Shown piece by piece: positions 12,898 to 25,647 of a stretch of DNA of 64,000 nt (position 1 is its first letter; every line of letters starts with the position of its first letter). Under the pieces are notes generated by a model that was not told the origin of the DNA, did no database searches, and worked only from the letters and a program-made list of their open reading frames with translations. Both the position numbers and the translations under genes were made by a program. The stretch comes from Phoronis australis (lineage: Eukaryota; Animalia; Phoronida), in the NCBI GenBank assembly GCA_002633005.1, contig NMRA01000246.1, positions 7,311 through 71,310 on the forward strand. The letters are read 5' to 3'.

Positions 12898-13629
12898 ATC
12901 TTGTTTTTAAGTTACTTGACACAGCACTACCATTAGAAGTATTAACAATGGGAAATCTATAGGAACTACATGATCAGATAAAATATCTTGTCTCTGTGAC
13001 AACTGACCACGAGTATCGCCATATTCCTTTTTTCGCACCCACACCAGCTAGACGTCTCTACGGTCCATGAAACAACAATGTCCGCCAGTGGCCGTCCAAT
13101 AGGATTTCGCTAGGTGACACATCTCCCTCTCTACAGTCTCTGATATCGCAAAAACGGGTAATGAGACTAAATCTCGCGAGATATTACCGGTTCATAGCCG
13201 CGCCAAATAAACCGTGGAAAAACGGTTCGTCATTGTTTTGATTTGAATGAGTTTCGTAGCAGTTAGGATTACCTTTTTAAAATTGTAATTATAATCCTTG
13301 TAGCTGAGAAAATCCGTATTAGTCGACTCGTTTATGTATCAAAATAAAGATTTATCTCCCTTGTCATACAAACTTGGGGAATGCCCAATCGATGAAATCC
13401 CCGAATAGAATTGCTACGTATGCGGACGATAATGGGGTACTTGTAGTATTAAATGAAGCAATTTTAAAAGAACAAAAGGCATTGAAACGGTTTAGTGAAC
13501 ATTAAATGTTCACTGTACGATTAAAATGAAATAAAACTAGCAGAAGAGGCACAATTGACAGATCAGATGATTGCGCCATTGACGTTCCTACACTGAACTG
13601 CAATTTGATTGCTTATTGGCCCTGTACTT

Positions 13630-14000
13630 CACCAAAGTTTATAGTAGATCTTCAAGACATAATGACAGGATTGGCAATTGCAAAAGGGTTGGCACATTTG
13701 AAGATCAACTTCACTGTTAAAATGAGAAAACAGATTGTTGAGCTGACGGAAAAGTTCGGAATATATGACGTGCACTAGATTACAATGCCAGAACAGCCAC
13801 AGTTTTTTCGCAAGACGACAGTGATGTCGTTACTGATGATAAATAAACTAGTGGTGACGTTTTTAGTACTGGTTCCAGTTAATGATATAATTAAAAGGAA
13901 ATTATCAAGTAGTGTACCTGTATGTGACAGTGTGAAACGCTTGCAAAACAAGGGATTAACTTCCAACGTGGCAATTGTGGTAATCGACGAAAGACACAAT
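13630..14000 (+). mobile_element. Possible degenerate Mutator-like transposase remnant
   Basis: Scattered frameshifted peptides (KFIVDLQDIMTGL/NCKR, ALDYNARTAT, VKRLQNKG...VAIVVIDE) resemble invertebrate MULE transposases. Weak. Confidence 0.3.
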
Positions 14001-17000
14001 TGTGCTAGAATGGTGAATTTAATGCAGAAAAAAATAATTCCAAAAATATCTATTCATATCACAACAGGTTTCACAGCACCAAATATTTATACCTCCTTTA
14101 ATAAACTATTGACCAGAAATTTCCCAATCTGTGCCTGGAAGTTTTATGGAAATCTGGAAAAGCTACCAAAAATAATCGAAAACATTATTTGTTCAATGTA
14201 GTGGCACTTTTAGTTCATTTACTTCTGTACCTTCAAAGGTCCCAAGCGAATTTTCATAAAATTTGGTAGATTGGCTCTGTAAGTGAGATGAAGTTATTTA
14301 CCCATTTTGGATGGATTAGATGTATTTTGCACCACCTATTGTCTCGTGTCCATTTTTATTGTTTTCGGTATAGTTTTCATATAATTTGGGAGACTGCGAC
14401 ATTTTCCCACTTTGGGATGTGTTCAATTTTTTCTGTGCTGTCTAATGGCCATTTTTATAGTACTAATAAACACGATTTGCGGTGCTATCGTGGGCACATG
14501 TCAATGCTCCACATTGCTGTTGTTTGTATCATTATTTTACAGAATATTTTTTTCTATGTTGTATTACTGTGACCTATGCTGACATGACATGTAAATTACT
14601 ATGTTGCCTGGTCTCTAATGGCAATTTCTCTGTTCCTTTTGAACAAACTCAGGATAAGAGGTTATCAGCCTGCTCCAATACATTATAGTTGATGCAGTTT
14701 ATAGTTTGCTCTTGAAGACCCTTATATTTGTGCTACAAACTCGAGTAAAAACTCTAAATTTTGAGTTCACGCTCGAACTTTTAGCCTTTATGTTGGGTTT
14801 ATCAACTGCAAACTAGGACTAATAAATTATCTGCTTAATAAGTCATTATGTATACAAGCATAGAATAATAGACACTTATCTTAAGTTTGCACAAAAGTAG
14901 AGTAGAAAATACCAAACATAATTTCAAGTCCATTTCGAGTAAAAAGATTAGAGACTGGGCAAATGGTTTGTTTCCTTAAAATATACTTTCATCACTGTCC
15001 ATTTTCAGATCCAGGTGACATAGCTGACGAGTAACCACTGAAGAAAATTATGGACTTGCCAAGACACAGAAGAAGAACAAGAACCAGAATTTTTGCCATG
15101 CACTGAGGAACATAGNNNNNNNNNNNNNNNNNNNNNNNNNNNNNNNNNNNNNNNNNNNNNNNNNNNNNNNNNNNNNNNNNNNNNNNNNNNNNNNNNNNNN
15201 NNNNNNNNNNNNNNNNNNNNNNNNNNNNNNNNNNNNNNNNNNNNNNNNNNNNNNNNNNNNNNNNNNNNNNNNNNNNNNNNNNNNNNNNNNNNNNNNNNNN
15301 NNNNNNNNNNNNNNNNNNNNNNNNNNNNNNNNNNNNNNNNNNNNNNNNNNNNNNNNNNNNNNNNNNNNNNNNNNNNNNNNNNNNNNNNNNNNNNNNNNNN
15401 NNNNNNNNNNNNNNNNNNNNNNNNNNNNNNNNNNNNNNNNNNNNNNNNNNNNNNNNNNNNNNNNNNNNNNNNNNNNNNNNNNNNNNNNNNNNNNNNNNNN
15501 NNNNNNNNNNNNNNNNNNNNNNNNNNNNNNNNNNNNNNNNNNNNNNNNNNNNNNNNNNNNNNNNNNNNNNNNNNNNNNNNNNNNNNNNNNNNNNNNNNNN
15601 NNNNNNNNNNNNNNNNNNNNNNNNNNNNNNNNNNNNNNNNNNNNNNNNNNNNNNNNNNNNNNNNNNNNNNNNNNNNNNNNNNNNNNNNNNNNNNNNNNNN
15701 NNNNNNNNNNNNNNNNNNNNNNNNNNNNNNNNNNNNNNNNNNNNNNNNNNNNNNNNNNNNNNNNNNNNNNNNNNNNNNNNNNNNNNNTATATATATATAT
15801 AGGGTAGACCGTTTAATGAATATGCAAGTGTGGCATTGTCTGGGTAATACCTTATTAAGTATTCAATTTAAGTCCTTTTTTCGAAGCTCATTTATTTGAG
15901 AAAAGCTCATTTCAAATGAGAAGGTGTTTATAGAGGTCCTAGTGAGGTTCTAGCGATATTTAACTCAACCCAGGTTCTGATGGCACCGTTTAAATAATCA
16001 AAGCACTTAGTGAACTATTTCGCCGGGTGCAAAAGGGATTTCAATAGATTTATGTGAGCATACGGACCCGTCATATCTCCCCTTTTTCATCTATTCGAAC
16101 TGACCCACTAATTTATTTCCGCCTATTTCCAGCCTTCTTATTGGTCAATGTTGTCATGAACCTTGAGTTAACCTCTCGCTTCTTATACAGTAGTATAATG
16201 ATTGTTACGTGTCCATAAGATTTTTTAAATTGTAAATTCTTGTGTTTCAGTTCCAGATTTTGTGTCTATCCAATTTTACCAACGCTCTATCACCACTTTT
16301 GACACTCTTTCGTAAGTCTGTCTGGCGCTTTTTAGTTGCCCGCCTTTCCAGCGATCATTATTTTAAGTATATTTTATACCACAGTATCAGCCTCGAATGG
16401 CCAATACAACCGTGTAATAACCCATTTAGTAATCTCACTAGTGAGATAACATTTTGGCGGGAATCGAGGCCGGTTTCGAAACCGGTCCGCAAGAGTTTCG
16501 AGTCGTCGACAAAACCACTGCACCACCCAGAGGCTGACGTCATCCAACGTGAAAATGGAATACTAAAATGCGCACGCGCAACAATCGCATGTTCAACAAA
16601 GAGCATTGTACCGACATTTATACGCTATGAAAAATAAGACGCATAATTTCCATAAAAACGATATTTTACTTCAGTGAAATTTATCTCTCATTTTCTCTCA
16701 CTTGTAATTCACTGATCTCCAATCTGAATGCGGGCATCGTGTCGTCGGGATCCTTTGTCTTGAGCATTATAGTCAGTTACAAGTGGTAATCAATTTTAGC
16801 AAACCATATTTTCCCGGTCGAAGCCTATCGTGATAAAATGTGTAGTAAGCTATAATAGTTGCTAAACGCTAATTTATTGATTCACTTTCTTTCCATTTTG
16901 TTTAAATTTTCAATGGTTTTGAGTAAAAGCATTATTTGACAAAAAATAGCTCGGCTTTTCTAAAAGGTCACGACCTCCGACTCCGGGCCTCTGACATAGA

Positions 17001-17083
17001 AAGTAGTTACAAAGCCGAGTCGAGTCGAGAAAGGTAGATCGATCCATTGCAATGTTTCTCGTTCTGTATGTGATATAAATATG

Positions 17084-17196
17084 TTATTACATGTTCTCAA
17101 TCGTTATCCCCCTTATCTAGAGTCCCCGTGCACTAATACTCCAAAATCCCCTCGGGCTCTAGAATGCGGGGGATAACAACTGAGAACATGTAATAA
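17084..17196. repeat. ~113-bp foldback (palindromic MITE-like) element
   Basis: ttattacatgttctcaatcgttatccccc...ctagag is the near reverse complement of ctctaga...gggggataacaactgagaacatgtaataa. Confidence 0.8.
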
Positions 17197-18338
17197 TCTA
17201 CAAATATTTTCTATCGTATTCCTGATGCTTGTATTTTGTCATGATAAATGACCTTATTTTGCCAACCTCGGTGCCCTTTGTACCTCTGGTGACGACGTTG
17301 TGACGCACGCAGTGTAAAAATACTACCTTTTGAAGTGGGTTGACATTTTGATTTGGAATGAGGGTGTCTATAGAGGTTATAATATTTTAATATTGATTTG
17401 CTCAAGAAATCAATGTGAGAAGTATAGTGTGCACGGGTGCACGTATTTAACCATTTCTAGTTTCGCGTGATCAGTTTACGTTTTTTTATCGTGACTTGTC
17501 ATGCGTTAACCGGAAAGGGTTTTGTTACGCTCTCTTGTAGTTTTTTTCTCTATCTCTCTGAATAAGACGTTTTCTATTTGTTCTTTCTGTAGTTTTGTTC
17601 AACAAAAACTTGGCGACCCTAGAACATTGACAGTGAGAGACCTCTTACTTCTTAAATAACATTTAATGTCAATTGAGTCTGGTCTCTGTTTGGTAGGTGG
17701 TGCGATATTTTTCAAAAATGAAAATCGATCTAATCTTAACAAAAAATGATGCGTGATTTTTTACTCATCGTTTGACAAATCATGGCTTTTTTTAGCTCAC
17801 TTCCCTTTACTTCAGTGTCTTTGTGTAGTTTATCAAGAAAAAACCCAATAGTTTGGCCGATGTGGGTCGACTTTCTTTTTGGTTGGTGAGCGAAGATCTT
17901 AAAATGAGAAATAGTGAAGCCAACCGGCGAGAAAAATTCTGAGATCAGCCCTATCGCGGAATAAATGGAAAATGAAAATCTTGCGTCGCTGTCAAACACT
18001 GCGCTGGTTGAGCTCTATCCCGCTCACGGAATGACAGAGTGATTAAGCGTGCATGTAACTGACTGGTAAAACTACGGCTAAAATTCAGGAAATGTCCGGC
18101 AGAAAAGGTGACAATTGGCGATCTGTAATAAAAACACAACGGAGTGCATTGTCCTATAGCTCTCCTCGAAACTACATGTAAGTCTACCCCTTTCAACAGT
18201 AATTCTAGAATTGCGATTTCCGATGGTAAAAACGATAATGTCCTTTTAATAAGGAATAAAAATCCAACTCCAGGTCCGCCCTGAAATAGACCAGGGCTGA
18301 CTAACTCGAAGTTAGGTTATCTGAAGGTGACCTTAAGT

Positions 18339-18487
18339 TAGCATCTCATTCACAATATAGATAAATCCGCCAACTCGAAGCCAGCTTAATGTCACCTTAG
18401 TGCAAGGATATATAGCATCTCATTCACAATATAGATAAATCCGCCAACTCGAAGCCAGCTTAATGTCACCTTAGTGCAAGGATATAT
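18339..18487. repeat. Exact tandem duplication, period 74 bp
   Basis: tagcatctcattcacaatatag...gtgcaaggatata occurs twice. Confidence 0.95.
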
Positions 18488-18635
18488 TAACATGAGTTGA
18501 AAAGTCGTCGCAAGTTAAGGTGGCCCCAAGCTTACCTTAGCTTCACTTTTTCTCTAAAGTGTTGGAGAAACAGTCACGAACATACATGTATTGTTGAATT
18601 TGCTATTTATATAGTTTATATTGTTGCAAATTTAG

Positions 18636-19011
18636 TATCATTATTATTACCATTATTATTGATGTTGTTGTTGTTGTTGTTGTTGTTGTTATTATGGTTG
18701 TTAGTGCTACTGTTATTGTTATAGTTGTTAATGTTAATGTTATTCATATTGTTATTTTTGCCATTATCAACATCATCATTATCATCAGCATTTTTATAAA
18801 CTATTGTTGTTGTTGTCTCTCTNNNNNNNNNNNNNNNNNNNNNNNNNNNNNNNNNNNNNNNNNNNNNNNNNNNNNNNNNNNNNNNNNNNNNNNNNNNNNN
18901 NNNNNNNNNNNNNNNNNNNNNNNNNNNNNNNNNNNNNNNNNNNNNNNNNNNNNNNNNNNNNNNNNNNNNNNNNNNNNNNNNNNNNNNNNNNNNTCTCTCT
19001 CTCTCTCTCTC
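18636..19011. repeat. (TTG/TTA/CAT)n trinucleotide microsatellite, followed by (CT)n on both sides of an assembly gap
   Basis: Visible directly; N gap at 18823-18992. Confidence 0.95.
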
Positions 19012-19049
19012 ACGGTATGCAGATGAAACGTTCACAATGTACATTGTAC

Positions 19050-19760
19050 AGCCGTGGCTCTGGTGATCTGGGAATTTTCCGTATACACATCAGCAGCATG
19101 ACGTCTGTAGTAACATCCCATATCGAAGTGGACACTTGTAACAGCCTCCCATTCCTTGATATGCTGGTGACCAGCACCAGTCCTATTACAAGAAGGCTCA
19201 TACTGGACAGTACATTGATTACAATTCCAGCCACAAAAAGGCGTTATGGGACCTGTTATCAAGGCCCTAGCAAAATATCAAAGTGATATACGTAGTGGAA
19301 CAACACTCCAAGCTGAGAGGGACAACCTGGTTCAAACATTCAAAATAAATGGTTACCCAGAACAATTCATCGAATCAACTATGACGACACAAAAAGGGAA
19401 GATTTTACACAACAAACGGTGTGGCTTCCATACATATCTGGAATCTTTGAAAAATATAGGGCGCATATGCAAGAAATTGAAGAAAAGAATGGTGTACTGC
19501 AGCTCAGACACCCTGGGTGGAGGACTCACCAAAAACAGAAATGAGGAAAAAGAAGACCATCTACCAAATCCCTTGTAAATGCCCTAAACCCTACATCGGT
19601 GAAGGTCAATGGAACTAGGACTGCCGAATTACAAAAGACTATCTGTAAGGAAGACAATAGCTTACCAGCTGCAGCAGACCACGTGTTGTCAAAACACCAT
19701 GAGTATGCCAGATACTCGCACTCGTTCTGCGAAGAATGTTGTAACACCTGAAGAGAAACG
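19050..19760 (+). mobile_element. Degenerate Penelope-like retroelement (RT C-terminus, linker, GIY-YIG endonuclease)
   Basis: LPFLDMLV (RT motif); ERDNLVQTFKINGYPEQFI (PLE 'F..NGYP..FI' linker); IYQIPCKCPKPYIGE at about 19558-19603 (GIY-YIG); AAADHV...H. Several frameshifts. Confidence 0.85.
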
Positions 19761-21002
19761 GAGAAATGAAACGTCTTGCTAATGGAACTGAGCTAGATTT
19801 TGATGTAAATGGACTAAGAGATTTTAGAAACGATGATGTTTGTTTTTGGGAGGCCAATTTACCTATTTTTCTGACATGGAGATTAGGCATTGGCTTATTT
19901 CACGTCGACTTTGGTTAGCATCAACATACAGCCTGCGTCAGCCATTTTCAAGTCGCCCAGCAATGAAACAGCTGATGACGTAGTCGCATCGATGTCAATT
20001 AGCTTTATAGCCGTAAAATTGGAATTTCAGGTCTGGTTAAATTCAATAACTTCAAGGAGTCAATCCTATTTACCCAAGTATAAACCCTGGAATCCGTTTT
20101 TTCGGCGATAAACCCGATTGTGTCCGTTTAAGCTTGTATAATCAAGAGCCTCAAAATTATGATAGAAGAGACAAGCTCGGATTTGGGTAAGGCTCTCGTT
20201 GTCCAAGCTAATACTATTATATATGTAAGATGTCCACTATAACGTCATACTTCATAATGACGAATATTGTATCAAATGAGCTTGGTTAGCTATAAGCATT
20301 AAAATCGACCTTCGATATCGCTGAAACGACTTACGTGATGCGACGGACATCCGTTGAGGTGGTCTCAGCACAAAAATGGCTAGTTCATGATCACCATCTC
20401 GTTAAAAAATAGAAGGACGTGTCTTGATGGCTAGAGTGTTTGTTCTAGTTGGAAGGACTTAAAGATATCGGCTAACTCCTAAGGTGTGCATGTGCGGTAG
20501 AATGGTGCTATCTTTCGTAGCACTGTGAAAGAGCGTACCAATGGCCCAGTTCTACTAAACTTAGGGAGAGAGTACGTTAACGTGAATGTACATAATTTCA
20601 TATTTTTATTATTCGCTTGCTGTTGTATACTCGTTTACAATATTCTCCATATAACGTTGAAATAATTTTTAGTTAGCACTTTCTTTTTTCAAACTGTATT
20701 TATTAATGAAATTACAATTTTGTCGGTTCCTCGCACTCTCCGCAAAAATGTTGAATCTCCCAGTTACCGAAGAGCAGACGAAACGATTACACTTTGCCGG
20801 CAACGACATTTGTAACGTTGGTAGGTCTTTGATTTGATATGGCCGCCTTATTTCTTCTCTGTTTTTTGGCTTTCAAACTTGCCAAATCGATTCTCTTAAT
20901 TGCGAAAAAAACAGGGAAAAGACAACCGAACTCACGGCCCACCTCCTTGGTCGTCCTGCAAGTCAGCGCTTGCTGTATGTTCAGATCGAGTCAAGCTTCT
21001 TG

Positions 21003-21101
21003 TGTCGTGGGTCGAGGGGGTCGGGGGTCGAGGGAGTCGTGAGTCGATGGGGTCGTGGGGGTCGTGAGGTGTGGGGGTCGAGGAGGTTTTAGAACAATCC
21101 C
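21003..21101 (+). repeat. G-rich (GGGTCGAGG/GGTCGTG)n terminal segment of a dispersed TIR-type element, ending ggttttagaacaatccc
   Basis: The same motif occurs inverted at 22664-22714 and direct at about 26960-27079. Confidence 0.7.
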
Positions 21102-22354
21102 TTACTGACCTGACTTTTTAGAAAAATAATTTTGACTTATACTACTTAGTGTTTTTAAAATATGCCCCTTTTTTCAAATAAGAAGTAGTGTCTGACTGCT
21201 GTGATGAACTGAGACCTGCTTGACATTACGACTAGCTTGGCCTAGTCAACTCATTGAACGTGGACTCAAGCACGTACGGAACTGTCGGTTCTTTCTAACC
21301 TCAAAACGTATTTCTAGTTAGTGTAAGGAACACTTTGAGATCAGTCCTATAACGGTAAGCGGCCTAAGTCGAAAGATATTTTAGACAGAATGCCGTTAAT
21401 ATTGCGCTTTCAATCATAAAAATGAAGTCCCAATCACAATGCGTTGGAGGAAAAACGAATGACGCTATAGCGGAGAGGTAATCATATGTCTATCAATCTA
21501 ATTGTCCAGCTGTTTAACACAATGCGCTCTCTCAAATTAATTTCCCGTTTTAGTTCACTTTCCTCCATAGCAGTCGATAAATACCAATCGATATCTTTTC
21601 ACCAGCGCATACGCACGAATCGCTGAATTATAACTTGAAGGCTTCTAGGATGTTTTAAATACACACAGTGTAAATTATTAACTCGTTTATAGGCGACGAT
21701 CTCTCATTGAACTGCTTAAATTGTGGTATAAAGCTGAGGACTACAGTTCACTAGCTTCCGTGGGTGCGTGTGGTAAGTATAGTCTATAATGTGATGAAAT
21801 AATGGCACTGCAAAAGTTCTAATACATTGGTATTCAGCTTCTTTCAAGACTTGTTTTGGGTCCCGGCTTAAGCTCTGTCGGCTGCCGCTGGATACGATTC
21901 TGTATCAATCTAGAACTATATAATTGGTGACATGAATTCGCTTTGAAAATTGTAATAAACAAGCGGAAGTTTGGTGCACGTTATATAGTATTTTCTTGTA
22001 ACATTCAGCTAAAAACCCTCACTACTTTCATGTATTTCACGCCGGCTTTGGTCAGCCCGCGTCGGCCATTTTCACCGCGCCTAACTACGGGACATCTCGA
22101 TTTGAATTGATTTTGACTTGCACACTTTTTATGAAACGGCGATTTGTAATGGCGTCATAAAAACGGATTTGGACGTTTTATAGCCCTAGTCAAAACTATA
22201 ACTGCATTCAATTTCAAATTTCCTGTAAATGTTAATGTTGACTAACAAAGTAGTGAATTTAAGTTTTCGAGCTGTTTCAAATGAAAGAGTATAGGAAGGA
22301 TTGTGACATTTCTAAAAACAGTTATATGATTGTACTCGATGGACGAGGTGTAAA

Positions 22355-22627
22355 TGTGGTCTGTTGTACGGACAAATCGGTGCTTAATTCATGTTCAAGA
22401 AATGCGAATCCCAGAAAATTGTGGTTGTGCCTTTTCGGAGTGTATCTTTCTACTGTCCCCGACTTTTGTTTACGTTGTCGTGCTGTATTCACACAGTGTG
22501 GATAACGCACCGGTTAGATCGGCCAGATGTGTGTTTATCGCACATGTATGTGCTTCAAGCACGCGGTTATTAAACATTATTGTAGTATAAACGAAATAGT
22601 TGCTGTTACGCTACTTGCATGACAAAG
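22355..22627 (+). repeat. Dispersed ~270-bp repeat; inverted copy at about 31850-32120
   Basis: atgtggtctgttgtacggacaaatcgg...gaaatagttgctg...acttgcatgacaa aligns by eye with the reverse complement of 31850-32120. The spurious ORFs over the two copies are also similar. Confidence 0.85.
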
Positions 22628-23281
22628 CTAAAAATCGTTCATAGTCCGCCATTTTCTTTCTTTGGGATTGTTCTAAAACATCCCTTCGACCATCCCCACC
22701 AAACCCCTCGACCCAAGACGTGTGGCAATAAAGGTACGTTTAAGCTTTTTACGTATTTCATAATCTTATTGCGTCGCTGAGTGACTTTCCTCGAAGACTT
22801 TACTGCCGTCATGGAACAGAGAGTTCGATGACGATTGGCTTCGCAGATTTTTGCGAAAACAAAAGCAAAAGAAAAGCACATTCACGTAAGAAAATCGAAG
22901 ACTTTTATGGAAAAAGCTCCAAACAACTGTTGAAGTGTTGCCTGAGATAAGATTAGTGTAATTCTCAGTTGAACGTTGGGCATTTTATCATGATTCATGT
23001 CAATTGTAATTATTCAGTGTCACTGAGGTATGGGAATGTCGTTAAAGACGCTTAATGTATTTTACAACTTTTGAAAAATAATCTTGCATGGGCGGCGTAC
23101 CATTCATGTAGGGGGCTAGGGGCTATAGCCTCCTCTTATTTCAGTGCTGCACAGCCCATGTCTTGGTGTAATAAATTCGAATTTTGAGCTTTGTTGCATG
23201 AGACATTGTTACAGCGCACCCCGGCCAACCCGCGATCGAGAACGCCCGGAAGGCGATCGAGAACGAGACCTTACACCAAAA

Positions 23282-24230
23282 ATGTCAGACGACAGTGAAG
23301 TACCCGGTGAGTTTAAGTGTCATTTTCTTCTTAAATAGAGACTACTTTGGTTCCAATGCGACACACCGAAGAGCGCCAGAGCTTAGCCTTTGTTGTGGTT
23401 CTGAAATAATACTTGGCTTTTGCTATTTTTTGAAATAGAGACCGCAGAATGCAATGGCTTTCGGTAAAATGACTTGCGTCTCGTAAAGTCTTCAATTTCT
23501 ACTTGTTATTAGCAATTCCTGGGTTCTTCAGTTGTCACGTGTGACGTTTATAGTTAAATCTTCCCTGGTGACATCTTTTTTAGTTATAATTTGTGAAACA
23601 ATTCGAGCCATCTACCGATACAAGCAGGTCCTTGTGTGAGACGGCGATCGGGAACGAAGCTGTTAATTCTCCATGGCGGTCGTGAACGCAAAAAATGCGA
23701 TCGTGAACGCACATTTTTTTATGTGCATTTTCCTGAATAATTACGGTGTTATATCAGTAATTTTAGAATAATACGGCCATGAATTAGTTGACAGGTCATT
23801 TCTTTGTTATATTTTCACCGTTTTTTATGATTTCTGTGTGAGATTTAGCATCACAAATATGATTAAATGCGTTTGATTTTTCAGTTGAACTGTAGCCGCA
23901 TGAGGAGTCCTTCAGAGTGTTAACATACACGCCTTCAAAAAAGAGTACCGGTAGCACAACTGCTGCATTTGACAAAGGGCTGTGTATGCATATATGTTGT
24001 GGAGCTTCCTTCAGGAAGAAACCTTTTTTGTATAACCACATGACAATAAAACACAGTGTCACTCACTAGCTGCACGCAAGACCTTTACCAGCCCCGTGTT
24101 GCATGGAGCAAGATTTTTTACCGCTTAAGAAAACACGATATTAAGCATAGTGCTCAGGAACCAAGTTGTTTCAGTGCCATATCTGCGATCAATGTTTCAC
24201 AGAAAGATTAAGCCTGAGGACACTCCTTGT
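23282..24230 (+). pseudogene. Decayed spliced C2H2 zinc-finger gene inside the TIR element
   Basis: Exon 1 ATG at 23282: MSDDSEVP G|GTGAGT. Phase-matched acceptor at 23885 reads VEL*PHEESF...CMHICCGASFRKKPFLYNHMTIKH, then KIFYRLRKHDIKH (frameshifted) and FQCHICDQCFTERLSLRT. In-frame stops present. Confidence 0.6.
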
Positions 24231-25337
24231 TGTAAGTTGTGAATTTGTCATGCAAAGAGTATGCCTCCTTCCACAGACATGAGAATCAGAATCACCATGA
24301 ATAAAATTATTCAGTCCAGTAGTGAAAGTTGTTAAGTGACGAAACTTTATTCAGATTTACAGAGTTTATGGTTAGTAGTTGTCAGATGCGATAGCATTTT
24401 GACGTTTTTTTTTTGAACCTGTTTCCTATTAATTTTGTGTTATTTCAGCAGCATCTTTAACAGAACCAGTGCATTTTTGTTGTGTTTGGGTACATTTAAA
24501 TGGCCACTCTATGCGTCATTGCGTGATTCTTACATACAACTGTTATGACCAATTAGTATTTTAAAAGAAAACTATATGTCTGCCATAACTGTAGAAACTG
24601 TTTTCATATTGTTGTTAATTCCCTGTGAGAGAATTCTATGCTATGAACAGGTCCGAAATAGATTGTCTATGATTCAGTGATGATTTAGTCTAATACACTC
24701 CATAAATAATTTGCAGGAAATGTACACTGGATGTGTTATGTTGATTTCCCTAAAGCAATGTTTTATATCTTTTTCCGTATGACCAATTTTGAGGTATGTG
24801 TGATAAAAGATTAATAATATTATAGAAATCCTTTAATATTGTTGTTGATTTCCTGTGTAATCACTTCATTGTGTCTTGAAGTGATGTTAAAGACAACGTT
24901 TTAACTACGTTTTTGAGAAAATCACAATATAGTAGGTGTATTATATGTCGTCTCACTCTTTTTCAATGTCACAAACTGGAGATCATGAACTGCGGAAGAT
25001 GCACTCAGTACCAATACTACAAAACAGAAGAGTCAAACATATGTTGTATATTCAAGCCACACAAGTGCCACAAGTCATTTTTTCATCTCTGTATCGATAA
25101 TATCAGTAAAACATCCGACAAAATATCACCCGTTTTATCAGCAAAACAGTTAGCTCTATTTCTGGCATTTTTTTTAAATCTCACACGTTCATGAGCGGTA
25201 ATCTTTGAATCACCTCACGAAAGGTGTTGCCGCACTCTTCTCGCTCCCGACAGGCACGCTCATCATCATTCTTTAACTTCATTGGCGTATTTTTTTTTGC
25301 TGTCACAATCTTGCAAGAAGATTCGGCACTCGTTTTC

Positions 25338-25647
25338 CAGGGACGGATCCAGGATTTTGAGTTAGGAGGGGGGCAGAACACAGGAATAGTCAGAATTTGG
25401 CAACATGCGCGCGCCCAGCCTAAAATGTAGGGATGCAGGGGCCTCGAATTTTTGGGTTTGTGGACATTATTATTAAAAAGGTACATGGGGTTTGTTCAAG
25501 GCCTATGGATTGCGCATTAACCCCTCGAGCCCACTTGGGTGCGCGCATATGCTAGTCGGCAATTCGCACCCCGGACTGCCAAATGGTATCTGGGATAACT
25601 TTAGGGGCCATGGCCCCTTTGACACCCCCCTTCTAAATCCTCCACTG
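25338..25647. mobile_element. hAT-like MITE nested in the TIR element
   Basis: Ends CAGGGACGGATCCAG...CTAAATCCTCCACTG, with G-run and C-run subtermini. No clear TSD. Confidence 0.55.

Noticed and set aside
3805-19286. Long ORFs in the track made of X or poly-N/poly-L
   Set aside because: Artefacts of N gaps and microsatellites.
19745-19780. Hammerhead-ribozyme-like CTGAAGA...GAAAC after the Penelope ORF
   Set aside because: Position and core bases fit, but the intervening sequence cannot form stem II. At best a decayed relic.
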